64,000 nt of DNA from Podarcis muralis (GCF_964188315.1 NC_135661.1:26598001-26662000); one strand, 5' to 3'. Shown: positions 1 to 10,835, numbered from the stretch's first letter. The notes: generated by a model from the letters alone, not told the origin. Numbers and translations: made by a program.

Positions 1-106
1 AAATTGCGCCTTGCAATCCCGGTGAGTTGGATTGCAAGATGCGGCGCTTCTTCTGGCTGAGGGACCGGGCAGCCACTGCTGCCGCACCTGCGTGCCAGGC
101 GCTGAC

Positions 107-252
107 CTTGCAGCTGGAGATCACGCCGTCGCCCCCCGCGCAGACCATGCTGCTTTTCACCGAGCTGCCCCACCAGCTGGACTTCGAGCAGGTAGCATAA
201 TCCACCACGAGCAGGCGCCCCTGCTGCAGGATATCCGGGGACGCACCGTCAG
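107..252 (-). CDS. CELA2A: CELA2-like gene A, exon 6
   Basis: 146 bp between AG and GT; (T)[48 protein letters not shown]. Exons 7-8 fall outside the window. Symbol is family-level. Confidence 0.93.
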
Positions 253-929
253 CTGGAAGAGACAAAACACAAGGGGCTGCTGGTGGCAAAGGAGGATGCT
301 CTTGGAACCGATCTTGGGTTACTGCCGCAGGGGTGGGGGTTCTAGGGGGCAGGTCAGAAGGCTCTTGGGATTCTCCCCAAGCCATAGCTGTGTGTCTGCA
401 CAGCCTGCTCTCCACATGCTGATTCCTGAAGGCCCTGTCCAATCCATGCCTTTCTCAAGTGCTTTGGCAGGCTGGGCTACTATATCTTTGAAATGTAATC
501 ATGCCTCTTGCATGCCTGGCCAGAAAGGGGTGTCCGGGTGTAAACCTCTGACTTTTGTGAAGGAGATACAGTGGTACCTCGGGTTAAGAACTTAATTCGT
601 TCTTGAGGTCCGTTCTTAACCTGAAACAGTTCTTAACCTGAGTACTACTTTAGCTAATGGGGCCTGCTGTACCATCGCTGCGCGGTTTCTGTTCTCTTTT
701 TTTTTTTAAATAAATTTTTATTAGTTTTCCATAAGTAAAAAAGAAACAAAGCAAAAACATGAACATAAACAAACACAAAATCGACTTCCCCGTACCACCC
801 CTTTTCTGCATTCTTGTTTCAAGATTTTTCAGCAACCCTTGCGTAATAAACTTGTTTATATTTCATAAATTTAACTTCTATAAGTTATTAATACAGCTGT
901 AGTTCTTTATCTCTTATTACCCTGAGCCC

Positions 930-3900
930 CTAATTTTCCAAATTACAACAGTTTTTAAGATAAACTTTGAATTTATTCCAATCTTCATCCACCGCCTCTT
1001 TCCCCCGGTCTCGAATTCTGCCAGTCATCTCTGCCAGTCCCATGTAGTCAATCACCTTCGTCTGCCATTCTTCCAACGTGGGTAAATCTTGCGTCTTCCA
1101 ATACTTTGCTAGAAGAATTCTTGCTGCTGTAGTGGCATACATAAAAAATGTCCTATCCTTCTTTGGCACCATTTGGCCCACCATGCCCAAGAGAAAGGCT
1201 TCTGGTTTTTTAACAAAGGTTCTCTTCAGAACTTTTTTAATTTCATTATAGATCATTTCCCAGAAAGCCTTAATCTTCGGGCAGGTCCACCAAAGGTGAT
1301 AGAAGGTTCCCTCCATTTCGTTACATTTCCAACACTTATTATTGGGCAAGTGATAGATCTTAGCTAACTTGGCCGGAGTCATGTACCACCTGTAGATCAT
1401 TTTCATAATGTTTTCTCTTAAGGCATTACATGCCGTGAATTTAACACCAGTGGTCCATAACTGCTCCCAGTCAGCAAGCTCAATGTCATGCCCCATATCC
1501 TGTGCCCATTTAATCATACTAGATTTTACCATTTCATCTTGAGTATTCCATTTCAACAGCAAATTGTACATTCTTGACAAGTTTTTAGTATTGGGTTCTA
1601 ACAATTCTGTTTCTAATTTTGACTTCTCCACTTGGAAGCCTTTCTTTCTGTCCTGTTTAAAAACTTCATTTATCTGTCGATAATGTAACCAATCTCTGAC
1701 CTTAAACTTCAGCTTCTCGAAACTCTGCAATTTTATTTTTTCACCATCTTGTTCTATGATTTCAGAATATTTAGGCCAATTAGAACCCATATTCAATTTT
1801 TTCACCTCTTTTGCCTCCATTGGTGACAGCCACCTAGGGGTTTTACTTTCAAACAAATCTTTATACCTTATCCAAACATTGTACAAAGCTTTCCTCACCA
1901 TATGGTTCTTAAAACCTTTATGCGCTTTTACCTTGTCATACCATATATATGCATGCCAGCCAAATCTGTTATCAAATCCTTCAAGATCCAAAATGTCTGT
2001 ATTCTCGAGGAGCAGCCAGTCTTTCAACCAGCAAAACGCTGCTGATTCATAGTAAAGTCTTAAGTCCGGCAGGGCAAAACCCCCTCTATCTTTTGCATCT
2101 GTTAATGTCTTAAATTTTATTCTTGGCTTTTTGCCCTGCCAAACAAACTTCGATATGTCTTTCTGCCACCTCTTGAAACAGTCCATCTTGTCGATTATTT
2201 GTAATGTCTGAAACAAAAATAACATTCTAGGCAATACATTCATTTTGATAACAGCAATTCTGCCTAACAAGGAAAGTTTCAGCCTTGACCATATGTCTAA
2301 ATCTTTCTTAACTTCTGTCCAACATTTATCATAATTGTCTTTAAATAAATTCACATTTTTCGCTGTCAAGTTCACCCCCAAGTACTTCACTTTTTTTGCT
2401 ATCTCCAAACCTGTTTCATTCTGGAATGTCTCTTTTTCTTCATTTGTTAGATTTTTCTCCAAGACTTTAGTTTTTTGTTTATTCAATTTAAATCCTGCAA
2501 CTTGACCAAATATCTCAATCAGTTCCAAAACTTTTTTTGTACTAGTGATTGGCTGCTGCAAAGTCAAAACTAGGTCATCTGCAAATGCCCTTAGTTTATA
2601 CTCTCTCACTCCGACCTGGATTCCTTTAACCAACTGATCCTTTCTAATCATATTTAACAAAACCTCCAGGACCAGTATAAAAAGTAGAGGGGAGATAGGG
2701 CATCCCTGTCGTGTTCCTTTCTCTATAGCTATCTCTTCCGTTACCACATTATTCACAATTAACTTTGCCTTCTGCTCAGAGTAAATTGCACCTATACCAT
2801 TTTCAAAACCTTGGCCTACCCCCATCCCTTGGAGATTCTTTTTCATAAAACTCCAACAAATGTTGTCAAAGGCTTTCTCCGCGTCCACAAAAATCAAAAC
2901 CGCTTTTCTGTTAATGTTCATTTCCAGCAGTTCCACAATGTCTATTATATTCCTCACATTGTCAAACATGTGTCTTCCCGGGAGAAAGCCAGTTTGGTCC
3001 TTATGAATCTCACCTATCAATACTTTCTTCAATCTTTTTGCTAAAATGTCTGCAAAAATTTTGTAATCCACATTTAGTAATGATATCGGGCGGTAGTTCT
3101 TAACCTGGTTCTTTTCAGTCTCAGTCTTTGGTATAAGTGAAATAAAAGCCTCTTTCCACGTTTCAGGTGCCTTTTTCCCCTCCAGTATTTCATTGCAGAC
3201 TTCTTTCAATGGTTGCACTAAACATTCTTTCAAAGCTTTATAATATCTGGCCGTCAAACCATCTGGTCCTGGAGACTTTCCCAGTTGTGCCTTTTGAATG
3301 GCCTCCTCTATTTCTTGTTCTGTTATTTTCTCATTCAAAGTCAACTTGCCCTGCTCTGAGATTTTAGGTAGTCCATGATTTTTAAGAAATTCATCTATTT
3401 CTTGTTCGTTCACTGGCCCTTGTGTGTATAATTTCCTAAAAAAGCTTTGGAAACAATTACTTATCTCATTTGGCTTATGAATATTCTTTCCCTCTATCTC
3501 CAAACAGGTAACTGTATTCAATTTTTGCCTCTTTTTCAATTGCCATGCAAGGAGCTTCCCACATTTGTCTGCTGACTCGAAAGTCCTTTGTCTCATTTGT
3601 TTGATTTTCCATTCTATCTCTTGATTTGTCAATTCCATGTATTGCGTCTGATAATACTTTATCTCTCTCAAAATTTCTTGAGACTTTGGTTTTGACCTCA
3701 GTTTCTTTTCTCCTTCCTTCATTTTTTCTAAAATTCTTTCTTTCCTTTCATTTTGCTTTTTCCTCTTGATTGAATTCTGTTGTATCAGGAAGCCTCTCAT
3801 CACGGCTTTACTCGCGTCCCAAATTGTTCTTTTTTCAACTTCTGTTCTCAAATTTATCTCAAAGTAATCTTTCAATGTCTTTAGGGCCTTTTTACAAAAT

Positions 3901-4664
3901 TGTTCATCTCTAAATAAGGAGTCATTCATTCTCCATCTGAAGGATCCAGTTGTTGTCATTTTCATTTCCATCTTTACCGCGTTATGGTCGGAGCAGGTTT
4001 TTGGGCAGATTTCTACTTTCTTAATCTTTGTAGCCATCACACTAGATACCCAGATTTGGTCAATTCTTGTCCATGTCATTTTAGATTCCGAGAAAAAAGT
4101 TCCCTCTCTCTCGAGAGGATTCCTTGTTCTCCAGATGTCAATCAAGTCCATATTTTCCGTCATCTCGAAGAAAGTCTTTGGTAGTCTTCCTTCTTTAGAT
4201 ATTGTCTGTCTTTGTGCCTTATCCATGTTTGTGGAGACCACTCCGTTCATGTCCCCCATCATTATTATTTTGCAGTCGAGATAGTCCAATAGAGTCTCAT
4301 GCAACTTCTTAAAAAATTCTGCCTTCCCATCATTTGGTGCATATATTCCAATTATCAAATATTTTTCCCCCTGAATCTGTACTTCAATTGCCAGATATCT
4401 TCCTTCTTCATCCTTAAATTTCATTTTTGGATCCAATTTTTCTTTTGCATAAATCACTACTCCTCTCTTTTTTACTTTATCAGAAGATATAAATTCTTGT
4501 CCTAATCTTTTGTTCACCAACAGTTTCCTGTGTGCTCTGGTTATATGGGTTTCCTGTAGACATATCAGATCCAGTTGTTCCCTTTTCAAAATGTGAAAAA
4601 CTTGTCGTTTTTTTCTGGGATGGTTCAAACCGTTGCAATTCCAACTAAGAAGTTGCAGAGACAT
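930..4664 (-). CDS. L1 ORF2p (APE endonuclease, reverse transcriptase, CCHC)
   Basis: 1244 aa uninterrupted; EN motifs SWNCNG, CLQETH, GDMN, SDHN; RT motifs GTRQGCPISP and FADD; C-terminal CWKC..H..C. Confidence 0.97.
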   Translation of the reverse strand: MSLQLLSWNCNGLNHPRKKRQVFHILKREQLDLICLQETHITRAHRKLLVNKRLGQEFISSDKVKKRGVVIYAKEKLDPKMKFKDEEGRYLAIEVQIQGEKYLIIGIYAPNDGKAEFFKKLHETLLDYLDCKIIMMGDMNGVVSTNMDKAQRQTISKEGRLPKTFFEMTENMDLIDIWRTRNPLEREGTFFSESKMTWTRIDQIWVSSVMATKIKKVEICPKTCSDHNAVKMEMKMTTTGSFRWRMNDSLFRDEQFCKKALKTLKDYFEINLRTEVEKRTIWDASKAVMRGFLIQQNSIKRKKQNERKERILEKMKEGEKKLRSKPKSQEILREIKYYQTQYMELTNQEIEWKIKQMRQRTFESADKCGKLLAWQLKKRQKLNTVTCLEIEGKNIHKPNEISNCFQSFFRKLYTQGPVNEQEIDEFLKNHGLPKISEQGKLTLNEKITEQEIEEAIQKAQLGKSPGPDGLTARYYKALKECLVQPLKEVCNEILEGKKAPETWKEAFISLIPKTETEKNQVKNYRPISLLNVDYKIFADILAKRLKKVLIGEIHKDQTGFLPGRHMFDNVRNIIDIVELLEMNINRKAVLIFVDAEKAFDNICWSFMKKNLQGMGVGQGFENGIGAIYSEQKAKLIVNNVVTEEIAIEKGTRQGCPISPLLFILVLEVLLNMIRKDQLVKGIQVGVREYKLRAFADDLVLTLQQPITSTKKVLELIEIFGQVAGFKLNKQKTKVLEKNLTNEEKETFQNETGLEIAKKVKYLGVNLTAKNVNLFKDNYDKCWTEVKKDLDIWSRLKLSLLGRIAVIKMNVLPRMLFLFQTLQIIDKMDCFKRWQKDISKFVWQGKKPRIKFKTLTDAKDRGGFALPDLRLYYESAAFCWLKDWLLLENTDILDLEGFDNRFGWHAYIWYDKVKAHKGFKNHMVRKALYNVWIRYKDLFESKTPRWLSPMEAKEVKKLNMGSNWPKYSEIIEQDGEKIKLQSFEKLKFKVRDWLHYRQINEVFKQDRKKGFQVEKSKLETELLEPNTKNLSRMYNLLLKWNTQDEMVKSSMIKWAQDMGHDIELADWEQLWTTGVKFTACNALRENIMKMIYRWYMTPAKLAKIYHLPNNKCWKCNEMEGTFYHLWWTCPKIKAFWEMIYNEIKKVLKRTFVKKPEAFLLGMVGQMVPKKDRTFFMYATTAARILLAKYWKTQDLPTLEEWQTKVIDYMGLAEMTGRIRDRGKEAVDEDWNKFKVYLKNCCNLEN

Positions 4665-4672
4665 TTTGTTTG

Positions 4673-5575
4673 TTAGATGTTTGACCCTCCGACTGCTCCA
4701 AGCTTTTCTTCCTCTTCAGTTGGCAGTTGTGGTAGTCCAAATGATAAATTTGCAATGTCCGTTAGCCCTCCTCCTTCTGGTGTTAATCCTTGTCCTTCTT
4801 TTGCCGGGTCCACCGTACCTTTCTGTAGGTCCTCTAGGTTTCTCTCCAAAAAGTGTTCTTTTTCCTGTACTGTTCTTATTCTTACTTTCTTCCCTTTGTA
4901 GTTAAAGGACAACCCCTGTGGAAATTCCCACCTGAAGAGTATAAAGTTCTTCCTCAACAAATTGGCCAAGTCTCTATAAAAAGTCCTCACTTCCAAGATG
5001 TATTTAGGGATGTCCTTAAAGATTTGGACTTGAATGTTTCCAATCACCAAAGCTTTTTGATAGTGGAGGTTCAGTATCTTGTCTCTTTCCTCTTTGGTTC
5101 TGAAGGTAATCAGACAATCCCTTGACTTCTTGCTTTGCTTTCTACCAAGTCTGAAAGCAGTTGTTATCTCTACTTCATCTTCCTGCAGATCTCCTTGCCA
5201 ATTTTCCAGAATTGCCTCTGTGAGAAATTCCGTCAGGTTGTCCTCTTCGTTCTCTGGAACCTGTCTTAATTTCAGATTCCGTTCTTTCCGTTGTAGTTCC
5301 AGTAAGGAAAGGGCCGCTTCATGCTCATTCACCTTTTTCTCAATCGGCACAAGTTTTTCCTGTGTCTCCCCTGCAACAGATTTTGCACTCTCAGCAATTT
5401 TCCTCGTTTCTGAAGATTCCTGAATCAGTCTATTTATAGATTCTGTATTAGTCGCCACTGATGTGGTGTTCAAATCCAATCTTGCTGTAAGTTCTGTCAA
5501 TTTCTTTGAATTTTCTGTAGATTGCTTTGTTAAGGCCTCTAGGGATTGATTTATTTTAAGCAGTGCCTGTGTCAT
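4673..5575 (-). CDS. L1 ORF1p (coiled coil, RRM, CTD)
   Basis: 300 aa from the first ATG inside the element (MTQALLK...); heptad-rich N-terminus, NLKLRQVPE, FRWEFPQGL; 8-nt spacer to ORF2. Confidence 0.88.
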   Translation of the reverse strand: MTQALLKINQSLEALTKQSTENSKKLTELTARLDLNTTSVATNTESINRLIQESSETRKIAESAKSVAGETQEKLVPIEKKVNEHEAALSLLELQRKERNLKLRQVPENEEDNLTEFLTEAILENWQGDLQEDEVEITTAFRLGRKQSKKSRDCLITFRTKEERDKILNLHYQKALVIGNIQVQIFKDIPKYILEVRTFYRDLANLLRKNFILFRWEFPQGLSFNYKGKKVRIRTVQEKEHFLERNLEDLQKGTVDPAKEGQGLTPEGGGLTDIANLSFGLPQLPTEEEEKLGAVGGSNI

Positions 5576-5759
5576 AGATTCTCGGTTTCTGTTCTCATCC
5601 TGAAGCAAAGTTCTTAACCCGAGGTACTATTTCTGGGTTAGCGGAGTCTGAAACCTGAAGCGTCTGTAACCTGAAGCATCCGTAACCTGAAGCATCTGTA
5701 ACCTGAAGTGTCTGTAACCCAAGGTACAACTGTACATCTATGGCTGTACATCTATGGCT

Positions 5760-6030
5760 CTGCTGCTCCAGAGAAGCGGACATGGAGCAATGGATCCAAA
5801 CTACAAGAAAGAAGATTCCACCTAAACATTAGGAAGAACTTCCTGACAGCAAGAGCTGTTCGACAGTGGAATTTGCTGCCAAGGAGTGTGGTGGAGTCTC
5901 CTTCTTTGGAGGTCTTTAAGCAGAGGCTTGACAACCATATGTCAGGAGTGCTCTGATGGTGTTTCCTGCTTGGCAGGGGGTTGGACTCAATGGCCCTTGT
6001 TGTCTATTCCAACTCTATGATTCTATGATT
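5760..6030 (+). mobile_element. CR1 LINE 3' fragment
   Basis: Encodes RFHLNIRKNFLTARAVRQWNLLPRSVVESPSLEVFKQRLD; ends in (attctatg)n. Confidence 0.9.
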
Positions 6031-6334
6031 CATCCACATTTGCCTCTGTGCCTCTGACTATTGGCCAGAAGTTCTCCTACGATGGAAAGTGGCCCTTGTG
6101 ATGGGAGAGTGTTTGCCCTTCCCTTGCTCTAGTGCCCTGCCCCTCCATAGCTCAATAATTTTGAGCTTCGTGGTGGGGAAATTTATTTCCTGGCCAAATC
6201 TATCTGCTTTTCCACTGGAGCTGAATAAGCCATTGGATGTGGGGCAAAAGGGAATCGTGTCTGTGTAGCAACCCAAAAGGATGGATCTGGTGCATCAAAC
6301 AGTGTGTGTGGGGGGAAATCATAACATTGCTTAC

Positions 6335-6471
6335 TTTGCAGCCTCCCCCATCCTGTAGCATAGCAGGGAGAGTTGGAGGCTAAGATGCTGTTGGCCTTTG
6401 GAAGACACACCAACTGGATCTTGTCGCTCAGGGTGACGTGTTTGGAGAGTTTGATCAGCGCAATATCATTC
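6335..6471 (-). CDS. CELA2A: CELA2-like gene A, exon 5 (catalytic Asp)
   Basis: 137 bp; [45 protein letters not shown]; AG/GT flanks. Confidence 0.93.
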
Positions 6472-6942
6472 CTGGTTTCCGCAGGGAGAGAGAGAAAGGA
6501 CAGGGTGTCTGGTGCAACTTTTGCAACTTGGTGCCTTCTGGAAGTTTTGGACTACATCTCCCATCAGCCCCAGCTTCAAAGGGTCATGCTCCAGGGGGCT
6601 GATGGGAGTTAGTTGTCCAGAACATTTGGAGGTCACCAGAGTGATTCTCAGCTTACCCAAGGCAGGTACAGTTGGTTCTGGTTTTTGACTCTGTGGGAGA
6701 TAAGGAGTGCTCTGTGTTACGCTCGTGGTAATGCAATGTATCCCAGATCTCCCACAAAGTCAAAACAAGATACATCCCACCACCATGTTAAGTACAACCC
6801 CAGCACTTTGACTCAAACATCTCCAGAAGGATACGCTAAATCACTCAAGGTAGGGGAACCCACTGACGCTGTGCCAAAATAGAGGAAATCAGAGATTTGC
6901 AAGCACATTTCCACATGCTAATTTATATGCATGTAGATGCAC

Positions 6943-7293
6943 GCGGGTGGCGCTGTGGATTAAACCACAGAGCCTAGGGCTTGCTGATCAGAAGGTTGGC
7001 TGTTCGAATCCCTGTGACGGGGTGAGCTCCCGTTGCTCGGTCCCTGCTCCTGCCAACCTGGCAGTTCTAAAGCAGGTCAAAGTGCAAGTAGATAAATAGG
7101 TACCGCTCCGGCGGGAAGGTAAACGGCGTTTCCGTGTGCTGCTCTGGTTCACCAGAAGCGGCTTCATCATGCTGGCCACATGATCCGGAAGCTGTACGCT
7201 GGCTCCCTCGGCCAATAAAGTGAGATGAGAGCCGCAACCCCAGAGTCCGCCACAACTGGACCTAATGGTCAGGGGTCCCTTTACCTTTACCTT
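6943..7293 (+). mobile_element. Sauria-type SINE
   Basis: gcgggtggcgctgtgg... head, (accttt)n tail, TSD tagatgcac at 6934-6942 and 7294-7302. Confidence 0.88.
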
Positions 7294-7902
7294 TAGATGC
7301 ACATTTAGAAATAATAACTTAAGCAGAAATGGAATGCATCACCAACGAGCAAAGAGAAAGAGGACACATTTTTGTATAAAATAGGCATGTCCTGATTTAG
7401 ATGTGCAGATGCAGATTTAAAATTACTGCCGTTCAAATAGAAATGCAGTGTGGTGGGGAAGACCAGGTGAGCTGGGTGCCTGCTGTTCAGGTGTTGCTCA
7501 CTATTGATGGGTAACTTCAAGGCTCCTCTCGCGCTCCTGTCTTACAGTACTTCTTTGACAGCCCTTCAAATAGAGCGGTGCTCTGAGCCTCATCTCCACA
7601 AGGCGGCTTCGTAGCAAGCAAATGCAGCCTACGCAATTCAAGCAGGTGCTCTAAGTAGAGAAATAAATGCTGGTGGTGACTTTTGCTCATAAATCCCAAG
7701 CTTTACTCAGGGGGCAAAATAGTGGGGAGGGGCATAGCAAGCTCTAAATTCTGGCTTTGGTACTAAAAGAAAAACAATTCTGGATATTGTTTTTTCAGAA
7801 GTAAGTATGCCCACAATTTCATCCCTTCTCTCTCCACCCTGCCAAATCTGTTGGGAATCCTAGTTCCTTCTATACTTGTTTCATGAAAAGCTATTAAGTT
7901 AC

Positions 7903-8031
7903 CCGCTGGACACGCTACTTGAGTCCCACTTTGGGTGAATGATGATTTTTTCTGGGGAGACAGCAATTGATCCTTTCTCGCTGGCTGAGAGACTGTGTTT
8001 TCCGAGGTAGACCCTATAGGTCCGAGAAGAA
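7903..8031 (-). CDS. CELA2A: CELA2-like gene A, exon 4
   Basis: 129 bp; SSRTYRVYLGKHSLSASEKGSIAVSPEKIIIHPKWDSSSVSSG; AG/GT flanks. Confidence 0.92.
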
Positions 8032-8082
8032 CTATTTAAAAAAATGAAGAAAAGGAGTGGGGGATCAGAGAGTTATCTGCAC

Positions 8083-8114
<32 letters not shown>

Positions 8115-8715
8115 GATTGCAAATGTGAATGTATGTTCCAGATAACAGAGGATAAGATTCCCTGCTCCAAGGAGCTTGTCCAGCCCGAACTACAACTCTA
8201 CAAACTTCAGAAACTGGGAGAGAGAGGCTAACAGGAAGAAGGTGTTGTAATTTTAGTTACACATACTTTTGGTTATGGGCTAAGGAGCAGGAAGAGATAG
8301 GAAGCAGGCATCTCAACTCTAAGACTGCAGTATGTTCAGGGCAGATCTCCCCATGCAATTCAGGCCCATGTCATCCTCATCCTGTCATCTGCATAGCTCC
8401 ACCCTGGTGTTTACATCTTAGTCACACCGGTGTGAGAGAGAACACTAGGAAATGTCTAAAGTAGAGAGATGGACACGCTGGTGCAAAATCTGTTTCCATT
8501 TGGGGTGAATAGCCTCTATATTTGCACCAGGCGGAGCTTCCAGGCTAACCTCAGGGTCAGCCCCACGTGGAGCACATTGCAGTAGTCCAGCCTGGAGCTT
8601 CCTGGCAACATGGATAACAGCGACCAGGTTTATCCTGGTCCAGAAAAGGCAAAATTTGCAAAGGATCCCAGAGTCTTACGTGAAAGCAGTTGTTTTCATC
8701 TGGCTGTTGACGTAC

Positions 8716-8816
8716 CTGATACAGTGAGCGGCTGTCATGACCCAGTTGGTGGCAATGAGGGACCCACCGCATGTGTGATGCCACTTCCCACTGGAAGAAG
8801 AGTATTGAAGGGAAGC
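8716..8816 (-). CDS. CELA2A: CELA2-like gene A, exon 3 (catalytic His)
   Basis: 101 bp, one codon longer than in gene C; [33 protein letters not shown]. Confidence 0.93.
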
Positions 8817-9011
8817 CTGGGAATGATAGGCAAATCTCAAGAAGAGACTGGAGGAGGCTAAGCCCCCTGGACCTCCCATCACACTATCCAAATCAGAGTC
8901 TAGACGAGTTTGCTCCTGAAAATCCTTCTCAGAGTAGTAAACAAAATTTAAACTGCTGAAATGATCGATTACAACGGCTAATAATAAATTTTAAAATCTC
9001 CAGTTGGTGTA

Positions 9012-9262
9012 GAAGAAGAAGAAAAAGAGTTTGGATTTGATATCCCGCTTTATCACTACCTGAAGGAGTCTCAAAGCAGCTAGCATTCTCCTTTCCCTTC
9101 CTCCCCCACAACAAACACTCTGTGAGGTGAGTGGGGCTGAGAGACTTCAAAGAAGTGTGACTAGCCCAGGGTCACCCAGCAGCTGCATGTGGAGGAGCGG
9201 AGACGCGAACCCGGTTCCCCAGATTACGAGACTACCGCTCTTAACCACTACACCACACTGGC
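9012..9262 (-). mobile_element. tRNA-derived SINE with (ttc)n tail
   Basis: Minus-strand A box GTGGTGTAGTGG and B-box-like GGTTCGCGTC; near-identical copies at about 40818-41062 and 50497-50735. Confidence 0.8.
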
Positions 9263-9436
9263 TTTGTACAAAAGATAATGGGTTGCATCTAATGCTAGTC
9301 TTACCCAGAGCAGATCCACTGAAATTAATGGTATGATTAACATAAGCCCATTAAGACCTGTTAATCTCCTCTGAGTAGGACTTGGATACACCCCATATAT
9401 AACCCCATATATAACCATCCAAGGCAATAATAAAAA

Positions 9437-9478
<42 letters not shown>
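9437..9478. repeat. (AC)n microsatellite
   Basis: Continuous AC run. Confidence 0.9.
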
Positions 9479-9481
<3 letters not shown>

Positions 9482-9589
9482 TTATCAATCATGCACAGTT
9501 AAAATCAGCAAGAATAAAAATAAGTATGCATAAATGAATTATAAATATAGGTAGTCATCCTCTTTTAAATCCACCCACGTTGAGGGGCA

Positions 9590-9730
9590 TCAGTGCCTCC
9601 TATGGGAGTGAGTTCCACAGATTAACCATGCCCTGCCTCAAGAAGGAATTTCTTTCGTCAGTCCTGAATCTCCCAACATTTGGCTTCATGGGATGTCCGT
9701 GGGTTCTAGCATTACGAGCAGAGCTGGCCC
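9590..9730 (-). mobile_element. CR1-like LINE 3' fragment
   Basis: Translates to GHPMKPNVGRFRTDERNSFLRQGMVNLWNSLP. Confidence 0.65.
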
Positions 9731-9924
9731 AAGTTATTTCAGTGCCTGTAGGGAATAAAGATCTACATTGGGGTCTGCTGGCCCCAACAATCTTGCCACC
9801 CAAGGTTGTCGCCTTACCTTGCCTCATAGGTGGGCCAGCCCTGCCTATGAGAGAGGGAGAAAAACATTTCTGTAAGAGAAAGAAAATTAGCTGTACAAAA
9901 AAACACTGCAAGGGAGTGTCTTAC

Positions 9925-10013
9925 CTGCCAGGGCCAGCTGTTCGGATTGGCATCCTCTCCTCCGACAATTCGGCTTGCTTTGGGCTTGTAGCTCGGGACC
10001 CCACAACTGAAGG
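9925..10013 (-). CDS. CELA2A: CELA2-like gene A, exon 2 (propeptide and activation site)
   Basis: 89 bp; [14 protein letters not shown]|[15 protein letters not shown]. Confidence 0.93.
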
Positions 10014-10354
10014 CTGCAAAAAGGACACAGTGCAGACACTCTTGGAAGGTTCAGCGCAACAGATGGGTAATGCTCAAGGGAGCAAAATGCTCAGGCTATA
10101 ACTAAGCACGCCTATATTGTTGCAAGGACCCTCTTTGACTCTACGCAATGCCACCTCTTTCAGGGGTTGGTGGTGTCAGGAGTTGGAGCAAGAATTCTAA
10201 CAGGTGGTGGCTAAGCTACTGGAAATCAGAGTGTGTGTGAAAGAAATGAGTTTTTGCTGAGTCTGTGCAGGCTGTGTACATACTACTAGACCTTCAGAGC
10301 ACGTTATCCCCCTCAAAGAATTTTAGGCACCGCTGTTCACTCCTCAAGGAATTA

Positions 10355-10691
10355 TTATTTTTAACTATATTTTATTTTTTACCAACCACCAAAACACAGT
10401 GAAGCCCCCCAGGCAGCTGATACATTGGGTATACAATATTCAAAGATATACATATCCAATAATATACATATTCAATAATAACATATTCAAATCAACCATA
10501 TGTACACTTCTATATACCTCCTCCTTCCACAAGGTTTATTTAACTTTTAAGATTTTAATTGCCCCAAATAGTTCAAACCTACTCAAATAATTCAATATCT
10601 TCTCAAACCAACCCTCCTCTTTCTCACTGACCTTAAACCCTTTCATTCTATGTCTCTGTGAAGATACATAGAATGAAAGGAGATACACACA
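10355..10691 (-). mobile_element. LINE (L1-like) 3' fragment in intron 1 of gene A
   Basis: 13-bp TSD cctcaaggaatta (10342-10354 and 10692-10704); A-rich tail; empty site in gene C at 27406-27418. Confidence 0.75.
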
Positions 10692-10835
10692 CCTCAAGGA
10701 ATTACAATTCCCAGCAACTCCTAACAAACGACAGTGCCCATAACTCTTTGAGGGAGGGAAATGTGCTCTTAACATGCTTTAAAGTTATTTTGCATATGCA
10801 GCCTGGGTGAGTTGGAAATGCAGACCCCTCTCCAT

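Larger units (their letters stand above)
697..5582 (-). mobile_element. L1-clade LINE, 5'-truncated just upstream of an ORF1 ATG, both ORFs open
   Basis: Perfect 14-bp TSD cggtttctgttctc (683-696 and 5583-5596); poly(A) at 697-707; AATAAA at 722-717; about 220-bp 3'UTR. Confidence 0.96.
569..5732. mobile_element. Tc1/mariner-type MITE split by an L1 (halves 569-696 and 5583-5732)
   Basis: TA-flanked TIRs cagtggtacctcgggtta.../...aaggtacaactg; joining the halves gives the same MITE seen at 25147 and 44741. Confidence 0.9.

Noticed and set aside
32-595. 187-aa plus-strand ORF
   Set aside because: Antisense to elastase exon 6 and adjacent intron; no independent protein signature
5576-5608. ORF track extends L1 ORF1 to 5608 (MLQDENRNRES)
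   Set aside because: It starts at TTG, and most of these codons come from the flanking MITE and TSD outside the element; the first ATG inside the element is at 5575
5701-5760. Short tandem repeats (gtaacctgaagc; tgtacatctatggct twice) as a CRISPR-like or functional array
   Set aside because: Internal MITE repeats and a local 15-bp duplication in a vertebrate genome; no unique spacers or cas genes
7500-7700. CpG-containing segment in gene A intron 4 as a possible extra exon
   Set aside because: No frame resembles an elastase, and exons 4 and 5 already join in phase
9270-9390. Recurring imperfect palindromes (also near 17230, 36540, 42310, 58910, 63090) as structured ncRNAs
   Set aside because: Multi-copy, diverged and dispersed, which fits old non-autonomous DNA transposons
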